In this document: piece after piece, positions 9,159-17,795 of the stretch
Position numbering within the stretch: the first letter of the stretch is position 1
Layout: every line of letters starts with the position of its first letter
Assembly: GCA_963733055.1 (NCBI GenBank)
Contig: CAVTBR010000001.1
Location: 1,248,001 to 1,312,000 of the forward strand
DNA: 64,000 bases
Source: Candidatus Bathyarchaeota archaeon
Lineage (GTDB): Archaea; Thermoproteota; Bathyarchaeia; 40CM-2-53-6
Reading direction: 5' to 3'
Translations under genes and position numbers: made by a program
The notes under the pieces: model-generated
The model's database searches: none
Told to the model about the DNA's origin: nothing
The model's input: only the letters and a program-made list of their open reading frames with translations

Positions 9159-9228
9159 CCACATAATTTCAGTGAGGCGGCGCCAAGATTCCACATATCC
9201 TTAATATTGGTGATAGTCAACTCGACGT

Positions 9229-9642
9229 TTGGCGAGAGTGTTGGACCAAACTATAGTTCATTTTGAAATTCCCGCAAACAACCCCGAGAAGCTTTCTGAG
9301 TTCTACAAGAGCCTCTTCGGGTGGAAGTTTGAGAAGATGCCGATGCCTGGAGGGGCAGGGGGGGATTATTGGACGATTGAAACCAGACCCGGAACGGCCG
9401 GTAACATGGAAGAATCAATGAAAAGACCGGGTATTAATGGCGGGATGATGAAGAAAATGATGCCGAATCACGCGGTAACAAATTATGTGATGGTAGAGTC
9501 GGTAGACGAGTTTAGCAAGAAACTGGAGAAACTCGGCGGCAAGATAATCGTTCCGAAGACGCCGATTCCAGAGATGGGAGCCTTTGCCGTCGGCCTAGAT
9601 CCGGAAGGCAACCCTGTAGGGTTATTCGAGGGCAGCCAATAA
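9229..9642 (+). CDS. VOC/glyoxalase family protein
   Basis: 'IVHFEIPA', 'FYKSLFGW', 'GINGG', 'DPEGNPVGL'. Confidence 0.9.
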   Translation: MARVLDQTIVHFEIPANNPEKLSEFYKSLFGWKFEKMPMPGGAGGDYWTIETRPGTAGNMEESMKRPGINGGMMKKMMPNHAVTNYVMVESVDEFSKKLEKLGGKIIVPKTPIPEMGAFAVGLDPEGNPVGLFEGSQ

Positions 9643-9804
9643 CCGATATTTCTTCAACAGCATTTCCCCCATTACACGGGGGGATCAGCCTCACCTTTTC
9701 TGTTGTAGGCATCAGAATAACTCCGCACGCCTTCTCGGTGGAGAAAGTGCCCATCTGGCCCACGTGCTTAAGTCAACTCGAATGATGGTTAGGTTGGATA
9801 TGCA

Positions 9805-10335
9805 ATGTCAGCGGAGAATAAGCAGGCTATCAAGATCAAACCCAGTCTCGTACCGTTCACCTGGAAAGGCGCATTAGTGATTCTGCTGGGCCTTGTACTC
9901 TCTGTCGGGCTGTTCATTTTCCAATCGCTGATGCCGTTCCTCTTCGGTTTCGGCTTCCTGCTGCCCTTCGTCGGCCTTGGCTTAGTTGGTTTAGGATTCT
10001 TCATGGTCACGATTGGTTTGGTCCGTAGGAACATGTATACATATCAACTGACTGACGCTGACGTAATCATTCAGAAGCAGTTTCTTGGCCGTAGCGTTCG
10101 ACGCATCCCGCTCGCTTCAATAAGTGATGTGGAAGTCTCACAAAGTTTCGTGGGACGCCTTGCGGGGTACGGCAACATTGTTCCCATATCTAAGAGCGGC
10201 TACGGCCTCGTTCGAGGTATGGAGCGAACTGAGAATATCGTTGCCGAGATGACCAACGTCCCGAACCCAGACAAGGTAGCAAACCTAATCATGACTAGAA
10301 CCTCGGCTATGACAAGACTAGCGATCAATCAGTAG
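9805..10335 (+). CDS. Membrane protein with bacterial PH (bPH_2) domain
   Basis: 2 TM segments then 'YQLTD', 'IPLASISDVEVSQSFVGRLAGYGNI'. Confidence 0.8.
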   Translation: MSAENKQAIKIKPSLVPFTWKGALVILLGLVLSVGLFIFQSLMPFLFGFGFLLPFVGLGLVGLGFFMVTIGLVRRNMYTYQLTDADVIIQKQFLGRSVRRIPLASISDVEVSQSFVGRLAGYGNIVPISKSGYGLVRGMERTENIVAEMTNVPNPDKVANLIMTRTSAMTRLAINQ

Positions 10336-10503
10336 TACCACTATACGCACGTGAAGAGAAAGCTAAGTGTTGGATTAGCCACTATGAACTTCGACCCACA
10401 TGCGATGACACTTGCGGTTTTTACGGCAACCTGAAATGAAACTTCACGCGATTATTCTATTACATTTGGATTAAGTAATTTATACGAGCAGCCCAAAGCG
10501 ATC

Positions 10504-10788
10504 ATGATCTTCATGACCGCCGTCGTCGAATTTGACAGTAGAATCCACGACCTGGTTGAACAGGAAAATCAGTGCGAAGTCCTGTTCAACGACATCAAGA
10601 ATGGTAACGGAGACAACTCTCTGCGCTACCTTGCTCTCAGGGATGCCTGTAAAGAATTGAGGAAGGGGATAGTTAGAAGCGCCCTGTCGGCAGGACTAAC
10701 GAGAGAGAGCATCAACATGAAGATCAAGGAAGCAAGAACCCAACCGACACCTGCTCCCTCAAAACAGTCGAAGAAGAATCAGCAGTAG
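10504..10788 (+). CDS. Hypothetical helical protein
   Basis: 94-aa ORF with TATA-like TTTATA upstream. Confidence 0.5.
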   Translation: MIFMTAVVEFDSRIHDLVEQENQCEVLFNDIKNGNGDNSLRYLALRDACKELRKGIVRSALSAGLTRESINMKIKEARTQPTPAPSKQSKKNQQ

Positions 10789-10842
10789 ACACTTGAGCTG
10801 AGATAGAAAAAAGGGACTGCGAACTACACTCGAGACCTAAGC

Positions 10843-11133
10843 CTATCTGGCTTTTTGAAGGCCTTTCTTAACGTCATCGACTGTCATCGCAGGATGGAAC
10901 TCCACTTTCGCACCGATACCTTGGAACAGCGGTTCAGCTAGAACAGGAATCATATCAGCGCTTGCAAAATCCACTACGAATAATGCGGTCCTCTCGCCGC
11001 CTTCTTCGTAGAAGTATACGGCTTCAGGCTTTACCTTAGCTACGTAATTCTCTAAAGCCTTGAATCCGTTCGGATCCTGAAGCATTTTATTTCCCGCTTC
11101 TGTCGGAATCTTCGCACGAATTATGAATCTCGT
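10843..11133 (-). CDS. Small ferredoxin-like-fold protein (DUF3303/GYD-like), probable ACG start
   Basis: 'KPEAVYF..GERTA.FVVD...IPVLAEPLF..GAKVEFHPAM'; frame extends as (ACG)RFIIRAKIPTEAGNK with GAGGTGA 6 nt upstream. Confidence 0.75.
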   Translation of the reverse strand, partial: TRFIIRAKIPTEAGNKMLQDPNGFKALENYVAKVKPEAVYFYEEGGERTALFVVDFASADMIPVLAEPLFQGIGAKVEFHPAMTVDDVKKGLQKAR

Positions 11134-11269
11134 CTTCTCTCACCTCAACCATGGTTACCAAATGTTTCTCGATAATTAGCCTTCCCTCGACGACTCGACC
11201 TACATGGATTGATGGCGATATGGGCATCGTACACACAAAGTACAAATCTAGTGGGACAGAGCCTTTCCT

Positions 11270-11980
11270 GTGTTCTTGTTGCCGAGGATGCCTATAATCG
11301 AAGACTTGACCAAGGGATCTGTTCCCCCCGGATCCAACATTCTCGTTGAATTTGACCCGGCCTCGCAGTGGCTCAACGCCGCGATAACGATCGCGGCAGG
11401 CTGGGGAAAGAGTGGGGGGAGCATAAGTTACATTGCTAACTCCCAACCGCCAGACGACATTCGTTCGCAACTTCGAAGATTGGGCCTTAATGTTGAGGAG
11501 CTCGAAGGGAACGATCGGTTATGGATTACCGACCTATACAGCGCCTCGATTGGGCAGAAATCTAAAGAAAAGTACGGCGTTGATTCGCTGAAGGCCGCGG
11601 ACCTAAGCATTTACATAGGAAGAGAGGCGATGGGTGACTCACCAGCCCCTGAGTTTCTAGTGATATCGGATAACAATTCAATTCTCGATAGATTCAACGC
11701 CGAGAAAAATTGGGTAGAACTCTACTTAACCCGACCCATTCCGATGGCAAAACCGAGACAAATCACTCAAATCATAGGGTTCATGGCCGGCATCCACAGC
11801 CCCTGGGCCTACAAGCAACTCGAAGCCGCGGTTGACGGCGTCATCGATGTCAAGATTGATGACGTAAATGGGGAACGCAAGACATTCATTGGGATCCGAA
11901 ACATGCGGAACGTTGCCTTCGATTCGAGATGGCACGCAATGAAGGCCGGAGAAAACTTCGAAATCACACTCGAGAAGTAG
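11270..11980 (+). CDS. KaiC/RAD55-like protein with degenerate Walker A
   Basis: 'GSVPPGSNILVEFDPASQW', 'LEAAVDGVIDVK', 'IRNMRNVAFDSRW'; exact start uncertain (11270-11288). Confidence 0.8.
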   Translation: MFLLPRMPIIEDLTKGSVPPGSNILVEFDPASQWLNAAITIAAGWGKSGGSISYIANSQPPDDIRSQLRRLGLNVEELEGNDRLWITDLYSASIGQKSKEKYGVDSLKAADLSIYIGREAMGDSPAPEFLVISDNNSILDRFNAEKNWVELYLTRPIPMAKPRQITQIIGFMAGIHSPWAYKQLEAAVDGVIDVKIDDVNGERKTFIGIRNMRNVAFDSRWHAMKAGENFEITLEK

Positions 11981-12042
11981 ACGATCCACCATCGCCATCG
12001 TGTGTATCCTTATGATTCAGTAGAAGTTGAACGAGGAGTTTT

Positions 12043-12777
12043 TCAGTTCTTCTTCTTGGTAGGCTCCAAACTGACCGATAGATCTTCGCCCAAACGAAGA
12101 ATGTGTTTTGACGTGTCCACAGGTGCTCCTTTGAAGGCTCGGGCGCGTAGGATGTTTTCCATTTGGCCTTCGATCTCCTCTGTTCTCAGTTCAAAGACTC
12201 CGTCGGCGCTTGTCATCACTGATGTGTACAAGGCATCAGAATGTATTCCGCGGACAAACCCATCAATTACAATTCTTCCTTTAGTTACAAACCTGGAGAT
12301 CCATGTGCGATAGAACTTTAGGAAACTCTTCTCGTCAGAGGCCTCTACGACCTCGGAAACGTTGTCAAAAAGCCTAACGGTACCCGGCGTCCACTGGTCG
12401 AGAGACTTATTCGAGATTAGGCTAATGTCGGCTATGTTGAGGGACGGGAAGTGGTATTTTTCAGTGGATTGGCGCCCAGTTTTGAAGGTGAACGCGTCCG
12501 AGAGGACCAACCGCTCATCGGTCTCGAAAGCAGTAGCATCTAGACCTCTTGTTCGAAAATTCTCACGAATATCTGTTAATGGTCTTGAGGTGGATATGTA
12601 GAGCACCTCAGTTCCTTTACGAAGCATTTCGACTACCATATTCAAAATGAGCATCAACCATTGTGAATCCGCATCAAACAAGACCACAATCACCTGTCCA
12701 GCTTTCACAGGGCGGCGCAGCAGTTGTCCGATGACGGGCATTTCAACTAGCACCGTACTCTCAGCCTTGACTGTCAA
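12043..12777 (-). CDS. KaiC/RAD55-like protein with degenerate Walker A
   Basis: 'GQVIVVLFDADSQW', 'LFDNVS', 'SADGVFELR', 'RARAFKGAPVD'. Confidence 0.8.
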   Translation of the reverse strand: MTVKAESTVLVEMPVIGQLLRRPVKAGQVIVVLFDADSQWLMLILNMVVEMLRKGTEVLYISTSRPLTDIRENFRTRGLDATAFETDERLVLSDAFTFKTGRQSTEKYHFPSLNIADISLISNKSLDQWTPGTVRLFDNVSEVVEASDEKSFLKFYRTWISRFVTKGRIVIDGFVRGIHSDALYTSVMTSADGVFELRTEEIEGQMENILRARAFKGAPVDTSKHILRLGEDLSVSLEPTKKKN

Positions 12778-12811
12778 AGAAGCTCAACTACCTCGTAAGT
12801 CTGGCATTATT

Positions 12812-13618
12812 TTATTTGGCTAGTGGGGTGTATTGAGTAGAAGGTTTCGCTTTCGAATTTCCTAGAGACTCAGGGCTGTTATAGAGGAAGATCTTGCCAG
12901 CGATTGTCTCTCCTATCTTCGTAGCGTGGCTAGCGGATGGTACGTTGGATTCGGCAATCTCGTTGATCAGCGTGCGGACGTGCCTTGATTTCAGATAGAT
13001 GAGTCTTGCTTGGAAATTGTCTTTCATTACTCCCATTCTTCTGAATTGAGGCTCCACGTAGAGGCCGTGTGACCTTGCTATTTCGCCGACGATGGTCATC
13101 CACGCGATGCCCACGATTCTGTTTGCTATTCTGACTACGAAGCACTTGTCTCCGTTCTTGAGGGCGACTCCGACCCAGCGCCTGTTTGTTTCGGGTTGTG
13201 TAGACGCCATGAAGCGTTCTATTTCTTTCGCATCGTTGGCTATGCTCACATGATGTTTGAATCTGTGGTCTAAGGAAGCCCTGTCGACGTCCAACTGCCA
13301 GATGTTCCAAGCTTCCTTGGGGTGCTCTTCTACCCCGAGCTCTGAGAATATGTAACTGGAAGGCTTCAGCGTGTAGAACTGGTCGAATGCTTCCCTGGAT
13401 CTCGTGAAGATGGTACCTGTAGCCTCGTAGTTATCGTAAATGAACAGGCCATTCTTATCTCCCGCGGAGTTCTGAGAGATGAAAACTTCGCCTCCTGCTT
13501 CAAGAGCCTCTTTGGCCTCGTGACGGAGGATTGGGTCAAAGAACGACAGCCCTTTTGGCAAGCTACTGAGCTGCTCACCTAAGCTCTCTATCTTTGATAC
13601 CTGAACGATACTGGTCAT
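12812..13618 (-). CDS. GNAT family N-acetyltransferase with N-terminal extension
   Basis: 'HGLYVEPQFRRMGV' acetyl-CoA motif A; 'N.PS'. Confidence 0.75.
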   Translation of the reverse strand: MTSIVQVSKIESLGEQLSSLPKGLSFFDPILRHEAKEALEAGGEVFISQNSAGDKNGLFIYDNYEATGTIFTRSREAFDQFYTLKPSSYIFSELGVEEHPKEAWNIWQLDVDRASLDHRFKHHVSIANDAKEIERFMASTQPETNRRWVGVALKNGDKCFVVRIANRIVGIAWMTIVGEIARSHGLYVEPQFRRMGVMKDNFQARLIYLKSRHVRTLINEIAESNVPSASHATKIGETIAGKIFLYNSPESLGNSKAKPSTQYTPLAK

Positions 13619-13631
13619 GAGCCTGTCGCCG

Positions 13632-14957
13632 CTACCAATCCAAGATCGTGAAGTTCTTGGTCAGGCTCTCTTCTCCGAGTATATTGCCTATGACAAGTTC
13701 AAGGCTGTTAGTGCTGCGATGAAGGTCGACAACCTCGTCGTCCTTCAGGGCATCCATAAGGATGTATTCGAACTGGGTCTTGCGGTCAGTAATGTGGCCG
13801 AACCTCCTAGTTCGTTCCCTTTCTATCTGCTCATAGGCATACATGAATTCGTACAGGGTTCTGTATATCTGATGTTCCATGTTCTCTTCGACGTTGAATT
13901 CGAGATTAGCCCTATCGTTCCCGCCGATCGTTATTGTTTGGAGTCCTTCCAAGTCCGCCCAAAAGATGGTGCCGTCGGGCGCCAACACTGCGTCCTTGTC
14001 GAGCCAAACGTCGTAGAAATCCAATCCACTGTACGTACCGTTGCCGTTGTCGCTCATCGATCTAACGAACAGGGTGAGGACTGCGATTCCACTCTTCACG
14101 AAGTTCTTCAAGAAATCCATTGCCTTGTCGTTGTTGTCTATGTTGAAGAAGTCGAAGAGCTCCCCCGTGTCGTCCCCGATAGTCCAATCCGAGTGGAAAT
14201 AGATTCTGATATTGGAAGGGATCAGCCTTGTTTCCTGAACCATCTCTTGCCTGAACCTCCTATACCAGTACACTTGGGTGACTTCGTCTTGGAGTGCCCT
14301 TGGCAACTTGACGATCTTCACCAAGGGGGCGATCCTGAACCCATGAATGGATGTGGTGCTGGCGTCTGACTTTTCGGTTGCTTTCATTGCAATGGACGCG
14401 AATTCAAGTCCCTGGGATCCATAGGGACATCCTCTTGACCATAGCTCACCGGTAAGATACCTTGGAAATTCCATCTCCTCGGCGTTCATGATCCTGCCCC
14501 TTAGGGCGCTGTTCTTGAGAAGGCTGCAGATCTCCGCCTTCTTGAAGAGTTGGCGGCTGAATGGGCTGGTTGTTGATCCTATTCCTTTGACGGAGAAGTA
14601 GAAATCGACGTCGTCGATGGTCACGTAGGGGTCCCTGCTTACGGCACTCCTGTTGTCGTCGATCAGGAGTTCCTTGCTTCCTACAGGATCCGTCACAGTG
14701 AATGGTTTCACGGTATCAGGGATGTATATCCTCTCGAATTCTGGCATTTCGAAACTTTTGAAGTACTTGTTAGTTATCGTCCCTGCTCCGTCGTATGCAC
14801 TTAGATTGATGGGCACTCCTCTGAGCTTGATGCGGCCGGGTTTGGCAATCTCTACGGTCAAAGCTTCTTTCGCCCTTTCGAATGCTATCGCCTGTTTCCT
14901 CCACAGTACGGGCACGTATCGGCTGTTGTTGGGATCAAGGTTCCACAGTATCTGCAA
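13632..14957 (-). CDS. Uncharacterised protein with kinase-like/SelO-like motifs; true start possibly ATA at 14888
   Basis: 'FSVKGIGSTTSPFSR', 'DVWLDKD', 'IFWADLE'; fold assignment is inference. Confidence 0.6.
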   Translation of the reverse strand: MQILWNLDPNNSRYVPVLWRKQAIAFERAKEALTVEIAKPGRIKLRGVPINLSAYDGAGTITNKYFKSFEMPEFERIYIPDTVKPFTVTDPVGSKELLIDDNRSAVSRDPYVTIDDVDFYFSVKGIGSTTSPFSRQLFKKAEICSLLKNSALRGRIMNAEEMEFPRYLTGELWSRGCPYGSQGLEFASIAMKATEKSDASTTSIHGFRIAPLVKIVKLPRALQDEVTQVYWYRRFRQEMVQETRLIPSNIRIYFHSDWTIGDDTGELFDFFNIDNNDKAMDFLKNFVKSGIAVLTLFVRSMSDNGNGTYSGLDFYDVWLDKDAVLAPDGTIFWADLEGLQTITIGGNDRANLEFNVEENMEHQIYRTLYEFMYAYEQIERERTRRFGHITDRKTQFEYILMDALKDDEVVDLHRSTNSLELVIGNILGEESLTKNFTILDW

Positions 14958-15955
14958 TTCACCTTGGCGACATCTCTGATCACAACCTGTTCAGAAGGCC
15001 TTGAGCCTAGGTCAATCTTAGATTCCCATGGCGTCGAAGAGGGAGTAGGCGGAGGCGTGTATGGGGAGTGCTTGGGAAGAGAACCAGCCTTCCCTCTCCT
15101 TCGAATAAATGCGTAGACGGCCAATGCGACGATGAGCAGGATCGCTAGCACAATGTATGGGGATAATGCTGCGAGAGTTGCGCTGATATCGGTTGTAGCG
15201 ACAGTTGTGCTACCGTTGCCATTAGAAGGAGCACTTGCCAGTGCCAAGGCGTAGCTGGTTGAGGTTACGTAAAGATCATCAGTATACGTGAAGCTTGCAG
15301 CTTGTCCTTGATATTGGCCGTTGTCCTGCTCGAGGTAGTTGTAGCCTACGATATATCCGGTGAATGAATCGAAATACGCGTACCAGGTGTACGATGCCGT
15401 GAAGACGCCGTAAGCGTCGTTCCGCTGATGTTCACCTGTCCCGTAGGCTTGAATCGTCTGAACGTATTTGTTGCCTTCAGTGGGTAGTTGCAGGCTGTAG
15501 TTCTCCGACAATACCGTGAATTGGGTATTCAGAACGTAGAAGGTTCCGCCGACCGGAAGTGATGAGTTGATGGCAAACCAGACGTATGTCGGCTTTGAGT
15601 ATCCTGCCTGGTTGTCCGTTCCGTTCAGGTACGTGAAGCTACTCGATGACCACGTGTAGCTGCCGGATGATGAGCTCGAGGTAGAGTTCCCCTGGTTGTT
15701 GCTGAATTGGTAGGAGTAAGTGTAGGAGGCAGAGACGTTGCTTCCACTGGCAGAGTTCATCTGCTCCATTCCAGTTATCTGGTTTTGATCCGTGTACCCT
15801 GAGTACGAGCCTTGACCGTTGTTCACGGTGATCGTTTCAGAGTAGTTCAAGTAGTCACCCTTTCGTGGTGCATATGCTGAAACCGAATGCGCATTCGCTA
15901 CAATTGCGATTGCCAGCAGGAATGATAGCAGTATTACCCCAAAGACCCTAGTCAA
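14885..15955 (-). CDS. Single-pass membrane protein: extracellular Tyr/Ser/Thr-rich domain and cytoplasmic zinc ribbon
   Basis: Signal peptide, TM followed by RRR, C-terminal 'CRYCG...CPYCG'. Confidence 0.8.
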   Translation of the reverse strand: MTRVFGVILLSFLLAIAIVANAHSVSAYAPRKGDYLNYSETITVNNGQGSYSGYTDQNQITGMEQMNSASGSNVSASYTYSYQFSNNQGNSTSSSSSGSYTWSSSSFTYLNGTDNQAGYSKPTYVWFAINSSLPVGGTFYVLNTQFTVLSENYSLQLPTEGNKYVQTIQAYGTGEHQRNDAYGVFTASYTWYAYFDSFTGYIVGYNYLEQDNGQYQGQAASFTYTDDLYVTSTSYALALASAPSNGNGSTTVATTDISATLAALSPYIVLAILLIVALAVYAFIRRRGKAGSLPKHSPYTPPPTPSSTPWESKIDLGSRPSEQVVIRDVAKVNCRYCGTLIPTTADTCPYCGGNRR

Positions 15956-16045
15956 TTGCTCCGGGCCCTCCCCAGTACAGTTCCTTCTTATTCATCAGAA
16001 CCATCGTACCCGATTTTCTCATTGCGCGTGGTTGCCAACAAGAGC

Positions 16046-17644
16046 TCATCCCGCGAATCCTCCAACCCCATGGCTATGAGCTGGATGAAACCCGCCCATT
16101 CCACTGAATGTTGAATGGTAGGATCCATGGGCTATGATTACCGGATAGTACCAGAGAAAGAAGCCCGGATATGGTGCGTACATGAACTGTACTGGAGTTT
16201 CGGCGAGCTTAGCCATGGGGTCGATCTCCTTTACAATCTCATTTCGGACTCCGTGGATCATTCTGACTGCTAAGGCAACCAATTCGGATCGCTCTAACCC
16301 TCTAGCGTATCCTGCGAGCAGAGTGACCGCTTTTTCCATTAAATCGAGGACCTCGTGGGACTCGAAGACTGGGATAGAAGCGAGAATTGCGGCCGCTACT
16401 AACGGATACGCTAGGTAGTTGTGCAACTGCTCTATGATATACTTCAACTTCTCGAATACTTCGTTTTGGTTTAGTTCTCCAATTGCTAGGAAGGCCGATG
16501 CAATCTCGGTATCCTCGGATTCCATGTATCCCCAACCGGTGAACATAGCCCTAAATGACTGGAATTTGGCGCTCAAGTCCGCATAAGAAAGATTCATCAA
16601 TGCTAGTATGGCTGCAGACTCATATGATTGAGATAGCTGATTGAACTGAACAAGTCTTTCGATCGGATAGCTTTCATCATATCTCTTACCTGCCATGATG
16701 GTCGCAGCTACGCCTGCTGATATTTCCTTAGGAACTCCCTGATCCCTTATTTGTTCGTCAAGGCTCCTTAGAGATGATTCGAGACTTTGAAGATCTTGAT
16801 TGGCCGCTGTCATGATCTCAGCTGCCATTAGTTTGTTGGGGGTTGTGGAATCAAAATTCTGAAGACCATTGAAGGCCTGAATGAATCTCTCACCTATTTG
16901 GTTAGTATCACCCTGGAGCTTAGCTAACCCTATTGCTGTGCTCCACAACAATGACGGAGCTTCAACAGTAGGATGTCCTGGATCGGCATTTTCGATTTCT
17001 GTGTGTTGTTGATCTTCTATGTTGGGTACCTTGGGTTTGAGTAGAATAACATAGGAAGTCGCCTTATCAGCAATAGTTCGCAGCTCAGCATAGGTTGCTT
17101 TGATTTCTTTTATGACGTCAGGGAACTCTTGATCGGCAACCCGATAGTTCCTTACGTCCAGGTCGTTCAGTATAAGATTTCCAAGTCCAGTCAGTGACAG
17201 GTACCCGTTGTCATATGGCGTCATCCGGTCGATCGTGGACTTCTTCTGGATAAGCTCGTTAACATTGGCCTCAATCGCAGTTAGTTCGGACTCTTCCTTC
17301 GAAACAACTGCCGTTTCATTCTGAATCCTTCGACTCAACTCGTTCTTCGTTTCCTTCCCTTCAAAGTGGAATAGGAACGAGTGCTCTTTCTGCTCGTCTT
17401 TTTGTAAGGTGGTAGCTGCTTGCTTCTCATCTGCCCTCTCGGCGTTCATTTGAACAGTCAGTTGAGATAGTCTGGCGACATCGTTAACCCCTTTGTCATA
17501 GTCCTCCTTGGTTGTCTCCAAAATGTAGCCGTTGAGGGATAGGTATTGGATGTCAGCCAAGGGAATAGGAGTAAGAGTAGCTGGTCGAAATTCTTCGTGA
17601 TGGTTTATCTGAGATAGGAATGCCCTTACTTCGGCACACTTCAT
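16046..17644 (-). CDS. Coiled-coil plus helical-repeat protein (DUF4003-like), Gly/His-rich tail
   Basis: 532-aa ORF; 'AAILA' helical repeats; tail GGFHPAHSHGVGGFAG. Confidence 0.6.
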   Translation of the reverse strand: MKCAEVRAFLSQINHHEEFRPATLTPIPLADIQYLSLNGYILETTKEDYDKGVNDVARLSQLTVQMNAERADEKQAATTLQKDEQKEHSFLFHFEGKETKNELSRRIQNETAVVSKEESELTAIEANVNELIQKKSTIDRMTPYDNGYLSLTGLGNLILNDLDVRNYRVADQEFPDVIKEIKATYAELRTIADKATSYVILLKPKVPNIEDQQHTEIENADPGHPTVEAPSLLWSTAIGLAKLQGDTNQIGERFIQAFNGLQNFDSTTPNKLMAAEIMTAANQDLQSLESSLRSLDEQIRDQGVPKEISAGVAATIMAGKRYDESYPIERLVQFNQLSQSYESAAILALMNLSYADLSAKFQSFRAMFTGWGYMESEDTEIASAFLAIGELNQNEVFEKLKYIIEQLHNYLAYPLVAAAILASIPVFESHEVLDLMEKAVTLLAGYARGLERSELVALAVRMIHGVRNEIVKEIDPMAKLAETPVQFMYAPYPGFFLWYYPVIIAHGSYHSTFSGMGGFHPAHSHGVGGFAG

Positions 17645-17795
17645 GGTTAGCCTATCGGCACGTCTAAAGTGCTGTGGTTTTTAAGCGATTTGTAAGATCT
17701 CATTCCTGTTTCTAAAGAACCGTGAGTATGTTATCAAAACCCATGCATAACCATAATACTCAACACCTCAAAAGCGAAAGCTGAGGCTGGGCCGA

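Noticed and set aside
13617-14369. 250-aa plus-strand ORF and other long antisense ORFs (27134-27742, 46392-46925, 54914-55447)
   Set aside because: Antisense shadows of well-supported genes
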